Below are positions 1 to 13,034 of a DNA stretch of 64,000 nucleotides, in pieces. Under the pieces are notes generated by a model, which did not search any database, was not told the origin of the DNA, and saw only the letters and a list, made by a program, of their open reading frames with translations. The DNA is taken from the NCBI RefSeq assembly GCF_028641065.1, contig NC_073385.1, forward strand, positions 19,654,001-19,718,000, written 5' to 3'. Source of the DNA: Leucoraja erinacea (Eukaryota). The translations under genes and the position numbers were made by a program. How positions within the stretch are numbered: position 1 is the first letter of the stretch; the number at the start of each line of letters is the position of its first letter.

Positions 1-44
1 GTATCATCCTTCCACACCCACTGCGCTGGTATGGCCGCAAACAG
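1..44 (-). CDS. PPP1R36: PPP1R36-like coding exon 2 (runs off the window start)
   Basis: Acceptor ttctgcAG at 45-46, then LFAAIPAQWVWKDD(T), resembling the W-x-W-K-D-E-T motif I recall near the human PPP1R36 N-terminus. Lies downstream of HSPA2 on the same strand, as in human 14q23. Confidence 0.6.
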   Translation of the reverse strand, partial: MFAAIPAQWVWKDD

Positions 45-1571
45 CTGCAGAACACGGAATGCCAAAATCAATCCTTGGCGCCACATCGCATGAAATATGT
101 TTGAGTGGAGAGAGGAAAGATCAAAGGGAAGGGTGAAAGGTCACCGTGGGTAGGGGTGGGGGGGGGGGGGTGGTAATGGGCGGTGGGCAGTCACAATCTG
201 ACCAAACATGGTCTTGTTGTTATTAAATTCTGGCGAGCCCCAAGCTGATTGTCCCAGGGGTTCCAATCATTCAGAATCTGATTCACAGGGCCTTGTTTTC
301 TCAGCCTCCTGTTGGAAAATGGTACGAGCCCAGCATGCCAACTTGCTCAGCATGGACAAAGTGGGTTGAAGGGCCTGTCTCCGTGCTGTACAGCACCATG
401 GCTGTATAAACACTCCAATTCACACACTCTTATCTCAACAATACCCGAGTTTCCACAAGCCCTTTAAACTTCTTCTGCACCTTCTCCAAAGCCTCCTCAT
501 GCTTCTTACAATGGGGTGATCAGAACTGCACACAATACTCGAAATGTCGCCTAAATGAAGTTCCATGGAGTTGTATCGTAACTTTCTGTAGCAAATAGTG
601 TGTGGGGGTGATCTTATGAAATACATATGATCCAGATTGAGCCATAATTGGATAGTTAAAGCGTAATACAGCATGGAAACAGGCCCTTCGGCCCAACTCA
701 TCCATGTCGATCAAGACGCACATGAAAAGTTCATCCCTCCAAATCATTCCTTTCCAATCACCTGTCCAAGGTAAATGCAGGTTATACGACTTGCCTCAAC
801 AGCTCGTTCCATATACCGACCACTCTGTGTGTGAAAAGTTGCCCTTCAGATTCCTATTAAATATTTTCCCTCTCACCTTGAACCTCTGTCCTCTTGATCC
901 CCCTACTCTGGATAAAAGACACAGCCCAGATATGAAACGTCACCTATCCATGTTCTACAGAGATGCTGAGTTACTCCAGCACTCAATGTATTTTTCCATG
1001 CATTCACCCCATCTGTCATTTTGTACACCCCTCAGCCTCCTGCACTCCAAGTTATAAAGTCCCAGCCTGACCAACCTCTGTAGTTCAGGCTCTCGAGCCC
1101 TGGCAACATCCTTGTAAATCTTCTTTGCACTTGGGTAGACGCAGAGTCTATTGGCCAGAGTAGGGGATTCAAGAACTCAAGAGGTCATAGGTTTAAGGTG
1201 AGGGGGGGGGGGGGGGGGGGGGGACCGCACGATTTAATAGATACCCGAGGGGTAACTGTGGTCTGGTGGGTGTATGGAAAGAGCTTTCACAAGGGGTAGT
1301 TCAGGCAGGAACTATCGGAACGTTTAAGATACATGTTAGGTACGTGGATAGGAAAGGTTTAGAGGGATATGGACCAAACGCAGGCAAGTTGGGACTCGTG
1401 TAGATGGGGCACGTTGGTCGGTGTGGGCCAGTTGGGCCGAAGGGCCTGTTTCCTTGCTGTGTGACTCGGTGATTCTTTACAGTTGAACTGCACCAGAGTC
1501 CGGGAGCCGCGGACGCCAACCCGGGCAGCCCGGACCCGGGTGTTTCCTCGCCGTCGCCGCCGGCATCTCAC

Positions 1572-1598
1572 CTGCTCCAGGCTGAGGCGGGCGTCCAT
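1572..1598 (-). CDS. PPP1R36: PPP1R36-like coding exon 1 (MDARLSLEQ)
   Basis: GCG-ATG-G start inside a CpG-rich patch; donor CAG|GTGAGA at 1571; phase 0 matches the phase-0 acceptor at 44. Confidence 0.55.
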
Positions 1599-1687
1599 CG
1601 CCGGCAGCTCGGGTCAGTCCGTCGCCAGCGTCCCGTCTCCCGGCAACGGCGCTGACCACACCGCGGCCACCGACGCCAATGGGAGGC

Positions 1688-1902
1688 CGGCAACGGCATG
1701 GAGCGTTACATTGGCCGAGAGAGGCCAATGAGAAGCAAGTATCCCCATCAAAGTGTTACATTGGCGGAGAGAGGCCAATGAGAAGCAAGTATCCCCATCC
1801 AAGTGTTACATTGGCGGAAAGAGGCCAATGAGAAGCAAGTATCCCCATCAAAGTGTTACATTGGCGGAGAGAGGCCAATTGTAACGCTCCATGCCGTTGC
1901 CG
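1688..1902. repeat. 50-bp tandem array (about 3.5 units) bracketed by a perfect 23-bp inverted repeat
   Basis: GTTACATTGG recurs at 1705, 1755, 1805 and 1855; CGGCAACGGCATGGAGCGTTACA (1688-1710) is the reverse complement of 1880-1902. Confidence 0.9.
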
Positions 1903-1968
1903 AAGTGCTACATTGGTACTAGAGTAGCCAGTGAAGCCAAGTATATAGACACCAAAGGTAGACAGAAG

Positions 1969-2002
1969 CAAAGATTATAGAGGAGCTCCTCTAGGATCTT
2001 TG
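1969..2002. mobile_element. 34-bp palindromic micro-MITE with 8-bp TSD
   Basis: CAAAGATTATAGAGGAGCTCCTCTAGGATCTTTG flanked by GACAGAAG at 1961-1968 and 2003-2010. Confidence 0.75.
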
Positions 2003-3625
2003 GACAGAAGTGCTGGAGAAACTCAGCCAGCATCTGCAGTTCCTTCTTAAACAATATATAGACACCAAGTTAGGCAGAAGACACAAAGTCTGAAGAAGTC
2101 TCGACCCGAAACGTCACCCATTCCTTCTCTAACGTCACCCGTTCCTTCTCTAACCAGATGAGTTACTCCAGCATTTTGTGTCTATCTTCGGTTTAAACCA
2201 GCATCTGCAGTTCCTTCTTACGCATACATTCGCGGCCAGAGAAGCCAATGGAAGTCCGATAACTCATTGAAGTGTGTGGGAAAGAACTGCGTACGCTGGT
2301 TGAAATCGAAGGTAGACAGAAAATGCTGGAGTAACTCAGCGGGTGAGGCAGCATCTCTGGAGAGAAGGAATGGGCGACGTTTCGGGTTGAGACCCTTCTT
2401 CAGGTTAATATGCGGGGACCCGGTGGGCCGTAGGGCTGTATCTCCAAACTAAACTCCGTTAATCCAGCATGCTCAGTGGCGCCTCGCCAGCCGATTTACT
2501 CTATTTATACTCAAACACACTTATAATTGAACTTTTTAAAGATGTCACACAGAATAGTACGTTACCGTGATCGCTAAGTATACGGGAATCTGGTGAAGGG
2601 AAGGAAATGACAAAGACTAGACACAATGCTGGAGTAACTCAGCGGGACAGGCAGCATCTGTGGAGAGAAGGAATGGGTGACGCAGGGTCGAGACCCTGCT
2701 TCAGGCTGACGTCAAGAGGGCGGGAGAGAGATACATAGATAAGGAAGTGTGATGGTGCGAAATCAGGGCAAAGGGAATGTGAATCAAGGAAAATGTAGAA
2801 TAAATAATTATTAAACTGGACAAAAATGCTGGAGAAATTCAGCGGGTGAGACAGCATCTGTAGAGCGAAGGAAATAGGCGACGTTTCGGGTCGAGGCCCT
2901 TCTTCAGACTAGATGTTAGACTTGATGTTAAGGTGAGAGGGGCAAAGTTTAAAGATGTGCGGGCCAATTAGAGTGTGGGTGGCTGGACTCTGCTGCCTAC
3001 CTGGGGCAGGTACAATAATTATGTTTAAGAGGCATTTAGATATAGATACATGGCGGCGTGCTTTGTACCTTTGTAGGTGGCCGCTATTTGTATGCATTGT
3101 GTATGCAAGCAAAGAATCTTACTGTGCCTAGTCACATGTGTCAATAAAGTATTCCTATTCCTATTTGCAGGAGTGGGCAACAATATGGTGTGGGGTAGGG
3201 TTGCTCCTTACAGCACCAGAGACCCGGGTTTTATCCTGACTTCCCGCGCTGTCCGTACAGAGTTTTTACCTTCTCCCTGTGACCACGTGGATTTTCTTTG
3301 GGTGCTCCGGTTTCCTTCAACACTCCAAAGGCGTACAGGTTTGTAGGTTAATTGGTTCGGGTAAAATTGTAAATTGTCCCTAATGTGCAGGATAGTGCTA
3401 GTGTAAGGGACGTTTGCTGGTCGGTATGGACTCGGTCCGCCAAAGGGCCTGTTTGTTTCCACACTGTATCTCTTAAGTCTAAAGGAATTTAGGCCAAATT
3501 CTTGTGGCAAATGAGACAAGCTTAGATGGGGCATCTTGATTGACATGGATGAGTTGGGTTGAAGGGCCTGTTTCAATGTTGTGTGACTATGATACAGAGG
3601 GATATGGATCATGTGCAACTTGTTA

Positions 3626-3813
3626 AGGGCCTGTCCCACTTTCACGACCTAATTCACGACCTCTTTTACTCGTGGACATTTTTCATCATGCTAGAAAAAC
3701 GCCCCGACCTACTTGATGCCACGAGAACCTACGACTAGCATCACGTCCTCGAGACGACCATGCTGCGAGTATGAGTCAAGGGCAAACTCGCCAGTGAAAG
3801 TGGGACAGGCCCT
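3626..3813. mobile_element. PIF/Harbinger-like MITE
   Basis: 20-bp TIRs AGGGCCTGTCCCACTTTCAC ... GTGAAAGTGGGACAGGCCCT; non-coding. Superfamily inferred from TIR style only. Confidence 0.65.
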
Positions 3814-4259
3814 ACTTGGCATCATGTACCACAGAGACGTTGTGGGTCAAAACGGCCTGTCCCATCCACTATGACTGCACTGGTCACCAAAGTTGGACAA
3901 GAACACTGTGACAGTATGTTCAATAAAATCACTAGCCAAGATCAAGACTGATAGTTGCAATTTCAGAGGAAAGTAATAAAGCTGGTTAAATGGTGGACGT
4001 AAGAAGTTATGGAAGTCATTACCTTTGTCAGTGAATGGTGTCACTGTAAATGGGATTTATGGAGATTGCCTTATAGTAGAGTGACCAGAGATGGCAGTGT
4101 TGAGTCCCTGAATTTCCAGAGGTAAGAAAAAGTCATCAGCTCCTCATTCCTTTGACACTGAAGAGACTGTTTGGCTTTAAGGCTATTCTTGTTTAATTTA
4201 GTTTAGAGATACAGCGTGGAAACAGGTCCATGCCGACCAGTACACTAGTTCTATCCTAC

Positions 4260-4912
4260 AGGTAGACAAAAGTGCTGGAGAAACTCTGCGGGTGAGGCAG
4301 CATCTATGGAGCGAAGGAAATAGGCAATGTTTCCGGCCGAAACCCTTCTTCAGACTGATGTAGGGTGGGGGAGGTGGGGCGGGAAGAAGAAAGGAAGAGG
4401 AAGAGCCAGAGGGCTGAGGGAGAGCTGAGAAGGGGAGGAGATAGCAAGGGCTACCAGAAATTGGAGAAGTCAATGTTCAAGCCGCTGGGGTGCAGATTGC
4501 CCAAGCGGAATATGAGGTGGTGCTCCTCCAATTTACGGTGGTGCTCACTCTGGCCATGGAGGAGGCCCAGGACAGAAAGGTCAGATTTGGAATGGGAGGG
4601 GGAGTCAAGTGCTGAGCCACCAGGAGATCAGGTTGGTTAATGCGGACCGAGCGGAGGTGTTCGGCGAATCGGTCAGACCAAGCGCTTGGTCTGACCGATG
4701 TGGATCAGCTGACATCTAGAGCAGCGGATGCAATAGATGAGGTTGGAGGAGGTGCAGGTGAACCTCTGTCGCACCTGGAACAACTGCTTGGGTCCTTGAA
4801 TGGAGTCGAGGGGGGAGGTAAAGCGACAAGTGTAGCAGCTCCTGCGGTTGCAAGGGAAAGTGCCCGTGGAGGGGGTGGTGCGGGTGGGAAGGGAAGAATT
4901 GACCAGGGAGTC
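4260..4912 (-). mobile_element. Penelope-like element 3' fragment (GIY-YIG region)
   Basis: Reverse complement of the same family as 13035-14230 and 43325-44100. Confidence 0.8.
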
Positions 4913-5426
4913 CTACACACTTGGGACAATTTACAGAGGCCAATTAACCTATACACCCGCACGTCATCGAATTGATGTGAGAGAGAAATCAGAGCACCTG
5001 GGAGAAAACCCATGCGGTCACAGGGAGGATGTGCAAACACCTCACAGACAGCTTCTTAGGTCGGGATCTGGGTCTCTGGCGATCTGAGGCAGCAACTCTA
5101 CCGCTGTGCCACTGTGCTTCAGAGCAGTTGCAGATATGGGCAGGGAAATGCCAGATGAAGTTAAGCCTGAAAAATTGTGAGTTGTTACATTATGGCAGGT
5201 CAAATGTTAGAAGGTCATATATAGCAATGGTTACTTCTTCCACACAAGCCCAATGAAGCTGTGTAGCTCATCCTCCTTTCCCAGAACAGAGAGATTACAA
5301 TCCTTCTTCCAATAAGAACAGGTGATTCCTGCTCCTCCAATAAATAGAGTTTCCCCTCCCCACTATTAACTGTTTTTGCATGGAAAGTACTAAATAGAAG
5401 CCAACATTTATATAGCTGCCGCGTTA

Positions 5427-6220
5427 TGAATGGCAGATGCAGTATAATGTGGATAAATGTGAGGTTATCCACTTTGGTGGCAAGCACAGCAAGGCAGATT
5501 ATTATCTGAATGATGTCAGATTACGAGAAGGGGATGTGAAAAGAGACCTGGGTGTGCTTGTACATCAGCCACTGAAAATGCAGGTACAGCAGGCAGTGAA
5601 AAAAGCCGTTGGCCGTCATTGCGAGAGGATTTGAGTTTAGGAGCAAGGAGGTCCTACTGCAGTTGTACAGGGCCCTGGTGAGACCGCACCTGGATTATTG
5701 TATGCAATTTTGGTCTCCTAATTTGAGGAAGGACATTATTACTATTGTGGGAGTGCATTGTAGGTTCACCAGGCTAATTCCCAGGATGGCGGGGCTGACA
5801 TATGATGAAAGAATGGGTCGACTGGGATTGTATTCACTGGAATTTAGAAGGATGAGAGGGAATCTTATAGAAACATATAACATTCTTAAAAGATTGGACA
5901 GGCTAGATGCAGGAAAAATGTTCCTGATGTTGGGGGAGTCCAGAACCAGGGTCACAGTTTAAGAATAAGGGGTAGACCTTTTAGGACTCAGATGGGGAAA
6001 AACTTTTTCACCCAAGGAGATGTAAATCTGTGGAATTCTCTGGATGTTTTCAAAAGAGAATTAGATTTAGCTCTTAGGGATAAAGGAATCAAGGGATATG
6101 GGGAAAAAGCAGAAACGGGGTACTGATTTAAGATGATCAGCCATGACCATATTGAATGGTGGTGCTGGTTTAAAGGGCCGAATGGCCTACACGGGCACCT
6201 ATCTTTCTATATTTCAATAT
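5427..6220 (+). mobile_element. CR1-type LINE 3' fragment (RT C-terminus), frameshifted
   Basis: [46 protein letters not shown]. Confidence 0.9.
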
Positions 6221-6677
6221 GAATATTAGGCAGCATCTCTGGAGAATGTGGGTAGGTGACGTTTTGGATCGGGACCCTTCTTCAAACTAATTGTGGTGGG
6301 GGGGTGGGGTGGGGTGGGGGAAGGGGAATCAAAGACTGGCAAGTGATAGGTCGACCTATCCATGTTCTCCGGAGATGCTGCCTGACCTGCTGAGTTACTC
6401 CAGCACTTTGTGACTTTATGTCAGGTCTCTTGTTTGTGCTCTGGAATACCGTGATAATGTTAAAAAAAACTGAAAGCATCGTGGGTGCGATGGATGGTAA
6501 TTGCTTCAGGAGCTCTGGCAATTAATCTACAGTAAGCAAGAGAAAAAGAAAAGGGTGGAGTCTTTTGTATTATCTGAATGGATCATGATTGATAGTACAT
6601 TGTCAGACCTCCCCTCCCAGCAGGGCAATAAGCAGCTGGTGAGTGGGCAGTTAGTCCAGTACCCCGGCCCACACCAC

Positions 6678-8320
6678 TCAGTCAACCTCTTCAATGGTGG
6701 GCCCAGATGCAGCTTCAGGCACGGGGGGAGCACCTGCAGCACTCTGGGGAATCCCACTGCAGGGGCATCTGAGGAACTTCAGCAGCGGTTTGCAAATCTG
6801 CTCCAGCTCTTTCTGCTGGTAGTCGAGCTCCTCCTTCTCCGCGGCCTGGTTTGTTTCCAGCCAGCCGAGGACCTCCTGACACTTGGCCAGGATGACCGTC
6901 TGCTCCTCATCACTGATCTTCCCCTTCAGCTTGTCGTCCTGCACGGCCTGCTTCATGTTGTAGGCGTAGGACTCCAGGGCGTTCTTGGCCGCCACCCTCT
7001 GGCGGTTGATGTCGTCCTCCGTCTTGTACTGCTCCGCGTCCTGCACCATGCGCTCGATGTCGTCCTTGCTCAGGTGGCCCTTGTCGTTGGTGATGGTGAT
7101 CTTGCTGGCGTGGCCGGTGCTCTTGTCGATGGCCGACACGTTGAGGATGCCGTTGGCGTCTATGTCGAAGGTCACCTCAATCTGCGGTAGGCCGCGAGGC
7201 GCCGGCGGGATGTCGGTCAGGGAGAAGCGACCCAGCATGTTATTGTCCTTGGTCATGGCCCGCTCACCCTCGTACACCTGGATCAGCACGCTGGTCTGGT
7301 TCTCCGAGTACGTGGTGAAGACCTGCGTCTGCTTGGTGGGGATGGTGGTGTTGCGTTTGATGAGGGCCGTCATGATCCCCCCGGCTGTCTCGATGCCGAG
7401 GGACAGAGGAGAGACGTCCAAGAGCAACAGGTCCTGCACGTTCTCAGACTTGTCTCCCGATAAGATGGCCGCCTGCACTGCTGCCCCGTAGGCCACGGCT
7501 TCGTCCGGGTTTATGCTCTTGTTCAGCTCCTTCCCGTTGAAGAAGTCCTGGAGCATTTTCTGGATCTTGGGAATCCTGGTGGAGCCTCCCACAAGGACAA
7601 CGTCCTGTATCAGTGACTTGTCGATCTTGGCGTCGCGAATGGCCTTCTCCACGGGCTCCAGCGTGGCTCTGAAGAGGTCGCCGTTGAGTTCCTCAAACCG
7701 GGCCCTGGTGATGGCGGTGTAGAAGTCGACACCCTCGTGCAGGGAGTCGATCTCGATGCTGGCTTGCGTGCTGGAGGACAGTGTCCTTTTGGCCCGCTCA
7801 CAGGATGTACCCAGCCGCCTCACCGCACGCTTGTTCTGGGAGATGTCCTTCTTAAACTTACGCTTGAACTCCTCGATGAAGTGGTTGACCATGCGGTTGT
7901 CAAAGTCCTCCCCTCCCAGGTGAGTGTCGCCAGAGGTGGACTTGACTTCGAAGATGCCGTCCTCGATGGTAAGGATGGAGACATCGAATGTTCCGCCACC
8001 CAGGTCGAAGATGAGGACGCTGTGCTCACCGGATCCCGCTTTGTCCAGTCCGTAAGCAATGGCTGCTGCGGTGGGTTCATTGATGATCCGCATCACGTTA
8101 AGAGCAGCAATGGTCCCAGCATCTTTGGTGGCTTGTCTCTGACTATCATTGAAGTACGCCGGCACAGTGATGACCACGTTGCTGACTGGACCGCCGAGGT
8201 ATGCTTCTGCCGTCTCCTTCATTTTTGTCAGCACCATCGAAGAAATCTCTTCAGCAAAGAAAGACTTATTCTCTCCCTTGTACTCCACCTGCACTTTGGG
8301 CTTCCCGTCATCATTTATCA
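6678..8320 (-). CDS. HSPA2: Cytosolic HSP70 (HSPA2 by synteny), coding exon 2
   Basis: Acceptor ttttcccAG at 8321-8322; contains [46 protein letters not shown]; ends GPTIEEVD-stop. With exon 1 the CDS is 1926 nt = 641 aa. Confidence 0.9.
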
Positions 8321-8809
8321 CTGGGAAAATAATGAAGACATATTTAATTAAGACAGGTTTTAAATTATAAAGCATTTTATCGGGATGCATCACAGCATGG
8401 TTTGGGAACAGCTCCATCCATGACCGCAAGGAATTGCAGAGAACTTGTGACATGGCTGAGATGATCACACAAACCAACCTCCCTACCATTGACTCATTTT
8501 TTTGCATTCAGTCTACAATGAAACTGGTCACCTTCCAAAAACTTCTACATTCCACCATTTTCTGTCAGAAACAGACCCTTCTGCCCACTGAGACCACGTC
8601 ACTGATCGCCTGTTAAATACTGTAGAACACTAAAGCACAGGAACAGGCACTCGTAGTCATGTTCGAGCCCGGGTCGTTGTAAGGCAGCAATTCTACGGCT
8701 GCGCCACTGTGCCTCCCGATTACTGATTAAATGTTTTCTGGAACTAACAAAGAAAACTGATGAAGGCAGGGCAATAAACAGTAAACTACTTCAAGAAGTG
8801 AAGCGCTAC

Positions 8810-9305
8810 ACATACCCCAGTTTGCATTGACAGTGCTGAAGTAGAGATGGTTGAAAACTTCAAATTCCTAGGAGTCACCCAGCTTTTCCTGGACCACCCA
8901 TATTGAAGCAACGACCAAGAAAACACACCAATGCCTCTACTTCCTTAGAAGGCGTAGGAATTTCAGGATGTTCCCTACAACTCCCACCACCTTCTACAGA
9001 TGTACCGTAGAAAGCATTTTATTGGGATGCATCACAGCATGGTTTGGGAACAGCTCCGCCCAAGACCACAAGAAATTGCAGTGAATTGTGGATTCAGCCC
9101 AGGCCTTCACACAAACCTATCTCCCGTCCATTGACTTAATTTATACCTCATGCTGCCTTGGCAAGGCCAGCAGCATAATCAAGGACGAGTCGCACCCTGG
9201 TCGCTCCCTCTTCTCCCCTCTCCTATTGGGCAAAAGGTTATAGAAGTGTGAAAACGTACACCTCCAGATTCTTGGGTTTCTTCCCAGTTGTTATCAGGCA
9301 ACTGT
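8810..9305 (+). mobile_element. Rex1/Babar-like LINE 3' fragment in the HSP70 intron
   Basis: Translates to [21 protein letters not shown]; a related shorter piece lies at about 8370-8500. Confidence 0.6.
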
Positions 9306-9937
9306 GAATGGGGTTAGGAGGGAGAGATTGATCAGCCATGATTGAATGGCGGAGTAGACTTGATGGGCCAAAAGGCCTAATTCTACTCCTATCACTTATG
9401 ACCTTATGATGCTAGGACCCCTGTAGATATTAATAACTTGGATATGGATGTAGGAGGTATAGTCAGTAACTTTGTAAATTACATGAAAGTCAGTGATGAT
9501 GTGATAGTGAGGAAGTGTCTAAGGCTACAGTAAAATGTGGATCAGATAAAAGATTGGGTGGAGCATTGACAGATGGAATTTAATAACAAGTGCAACTGAT
9601 GTAATTTGGGAAGTCATAATTTGTGTTCTAGGAGCACAATAAGGCCATTCGGCCCATCAAGTTCCTTATGCCATTCAACCATGGCTGATCATTTTTTCCC
9701 TCTCAACCCCATTCTCCTCGTAATCCCCGACACCCGTACTAATCAAAAATCTGTCAATCTCCACCTTAAAAATATCCATTGAGTTGACCTCCAGCCTTCT
9801 GTGGCAATGAATTCCACAGATTCACCACCCTCTGACTAAAGAAGTCAGAGCAGTAGGACAAATACCATCAATTGTTGGGCATGAAGGAAAGCTGACAGAG
9901 GTACTTTCGGATTTAAGTCCAGTTAAGGACAGTTTCC

Positions 9938-10411
9938 TGGGATGTCAGGACTGTCTTATGAAGAAAGACTGGATAGACTTGGTTTATACTCTCTAGAGTT
10001 TAGGAGATTGAGAGGGGATCTTATAGAAACTTACAAAATTCTTAAGGGGTTGGACAGGCTAGATGCAGGAAGATTGTTTCCGATGTTGGGGAAGTCCAGG
10101 ACAAGGGGTCACAGCTTAAGGATAAGGGGGAAATCCTTTAAAACCGAGATGAGGAGAACTTTTTTCACACAGAGAGTGGTGAATCTCTGGAACTCTCTGC
10201 CACAGCGGGTAGTTGAGGCCAGTTCATTGGCTATATTTAAGAGGGAGTTAGATGTGGCCCTTATGGCCAAGGGGATCAGAGGGTATGGAGAAAAGGCAGG
10301 TACGGGATACTGAGTTGGATGATCAGCCATGATCATATTAAATGGCGGTGCAGGCTCGAAGGGCCGAATGGCCTACTCCTGCACCTAATTTCTATGTTTC
10401 TATGTTTCTAT
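9938..10411 (+). mobile_element. Young 5'-truncated CR1 LINE
   Basis: Open RT C-terminal ORF 9942-10313; 3' tail TTTCTATG repeated at about 10388-10411. Confidence 0.9.
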
Positions 10412-11559
10412 AATGATTCAGATAGAGTGGTGAAGAAGGCCTTCTTAAGTCAGGGAACGGGGTATATAAATTTTGTAAGTTTACAAGTCGCTGGTTAGAT
10501 GCTGCTTGGAGTATTGCACACAGTTCTGATCGCCACACAATAGGAGGGATGTTGGTTGTGCCGGAGAGAATGCAGTGGACTAACTGGGATCTTGCCTGGA
10601 TTATTGGACATTAGTTTTATGGAGAGATTGGATACGCTGAGATTTGTTCTAACTATTTCTCTTAATTTTACAAACCTCTGTTAAATCACCCCTGGAACGG
10701 AGTAGGCCGAGGGGTGATTCAACAGATACATAAAATTAAGAGGAATAGATAGGACAAATGCACTAAATCTTATTCCCAGCACGGAAATAGACCCTTTGAC
10801 ACAACTAGTTAATGCAAACTGAGTCCCCAAGTCCAAGTCCTTTAACCCATGTTGCTCTAAACCTTTCCTTTCCTATAACACAAAGGGCGGTGGGTGCATG
10901 GAACGAGCTGCCGGACTATTAGACAGGTACATGGATAGGACAGGTTTAGAGGGATATGGGCCAAATGCATGCGAGACTAATGATGGGACATGTTGGTCGG
11001 TGTGGGCAAGTTGGGCCAAAGGGTCTGTTTCCTTGTATGACTATGTAGCTGTCCAAATATCTTTTAAATTATGTCGTTCTACCCGTCTCAACCTCTACCT
11101 TTGACAGCTTATTCCAAATATATATCGCCTTTTTTGTGGAAAACGTAGTCCCACAGGTTATAATTAAATCATTCCCTTCTCACCTTAAACCTATACCCTC
11201 TACCTCTCGATTCCCCACTCTGGGGACAGACAGTGTGCATTCATCTATCTATTCCCCTCGTGATTTTAAACACCTGTACAAGTACACCTGTACTCCATCT
11301 GGGCTGAAGGGCCTGTTCCTGTGCTGTAATATTCTGTGTTCATCTGGGTGCAGTTTTTCACAGCTCAGTTTTAAATGAAATAACCATTTATGCTGAAACT
11401 TTGTCCACAGGTTTGAGGCTCTCCCATTTGAGGAAACATCTCCACTTCTAACCCATCATGACCCCTTTGGGCTCTTATATACAGCATAGAACAGACAGCA
11501 CAGGAACAGGCCTTTCAGCCCATAATGTCAGTGCAAAACATGATGCCAAGTTAAACTAA

Positions 11560-12880
11560 TCTCCTCTGCCTGCGCGTGATCCATATCCCTCCATTCCCCG
11601 CATATCCACGTGCCCATCCAAAAGCCTCTTAAACACCATTATCATATCTGCCTCCACCCGCATCCGGCAGCATGATTGCGCACCCACCTGTGTACTACAA
11701 TGTCTCACCACATATCTAAACTTCCTCCTTTCACTCCTTTGTCTTCTAGCCTTTGACATTTCTACCATGGTGGGAAAAAGGTTCTGACTGTCTGCCCTAT
11801 CTATGCCTCTCATAAATTTTATACCTTTCTATCCCGCAACCTCCAGCATTACAGAGAAAACAATCCAAGTCTATCCAACATCTCCCTGTACCTAATACCC
11901 TTTAATTCAGACAACATTCTAGCAAACCTCCTCTGCACTCTCTCCAAAGCCTCCACATCTTTCCCCTGATGGGGTGACCAGAACTACACGTACTGCTCCA
12001 AAAGCAGCCTAACCACAGTCCAGTAAAGCTGCATAATGACTTCCTGACTTTATACTCAATGCCCAGACCACTGAAAGAAAGCATAACAAATACTTTACCA
12101 CTCTATCTACTTGTGTAGCCACTTTCAAGGAGCTGTGTACTTGGAGCCCAAGATCCCTCTGTACATCAATGTAGTTAACATAGAAAATAGGTGGAGTAGG
12201 CCATTCGTCCCTTCGAGCCTGCACCGCCATTCAATATGATCATGGCTGATCATCCAACTCAGTATCCTGTACCTGCCTTCTCTCCATACCCCCTGAACCC
12301 TTTAGCCACAAGGGCCACATCTAACTCCCTCTTAATTATAGCCAATGAACTGGCCTCAACTACCTTCTGCGGGAGAGAATTCCAGAGATTCACCACTCTC
12401 TGTGTGAAAAAAGTTTTCCTCATCTCGGTCCTAAAAGATTTCCCCTTTATCCTTAAACTGTGACCCCTTGTTCTGGACTTCCCCAACATCGGGAACAATC
12501 TTCCTGCATCTAGCCTGTCCAACCCCTTAACAATTTTGTAAGTTTCTATAAGATCCCCCCTCAATCTTCTAAATTCTAGCGAGTACAAACCGAGTCTATC
12601 CAGTCATTCTTCATATGAAAGTCCTGACATCCCAGGAATCAGTCTGGTGAACCTTCTCTGTACTCCCTCTATGGCAAGAATGTCTTTCCTCAGATTAGGA
12701 GACCAAAACTGTACGCAATACTCCAGGTGTGGTCTCACCAAGACCCTGTACAACTGCAGTAGAACCTCCCTGCTCCTATACTCAAATCCTTTTGCTATTA
12801 AGGGTCTTACTATGTCAGAACTCGACACCATACGCCAAATGCAACCTAACCATAGTTTTATAAAACTGCACCATGACATT
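11560..12880 (-). mobile_element. Nested CR1 LINE fragments
   Basis: ORFs 12259-12588 and 12604-12879 ([19 protein letters not shown]) sit inside an older, more degenerate CR1 copy. Confidence 0.85.
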
Positions 12881-13034
12881 TGTACATATTACAATATCCC
12901 TCCACCCCATACACACAACTTAATTCCCTCCATCTTTCTCCAGAAAAAAAAAAATAAAGTGCTGGAGTAACTCAGCTGGTCAGGCTGCATCTCTGGTAAG
13001 CGTGGATAAGTGATGCTTCGGGTCAGGACCCTTT

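Larger units (their letters stand above)
1500..1905 (-). promoter_or_regulatory. CpG-rich promoter of the PPP1R36-like gene with RFX X-box-like and CCAAT motifs
   Basis: High CpG density at 1500-1700; GTCTCCCGGCAAC at 1635-1647 is X-box-like; many CCAAT/ATTGG motifs in the 50-bp repeat. Confidence 0.5.

Noticed and set aside
8321-8507. N-terminal extension of the 609-aa HSP70 ORF ([11 protein letters not shown]...)
   Set aside because: Intronic, antisense LINE-derived sequence; the true N-terminus is the exon at 14656-14938.
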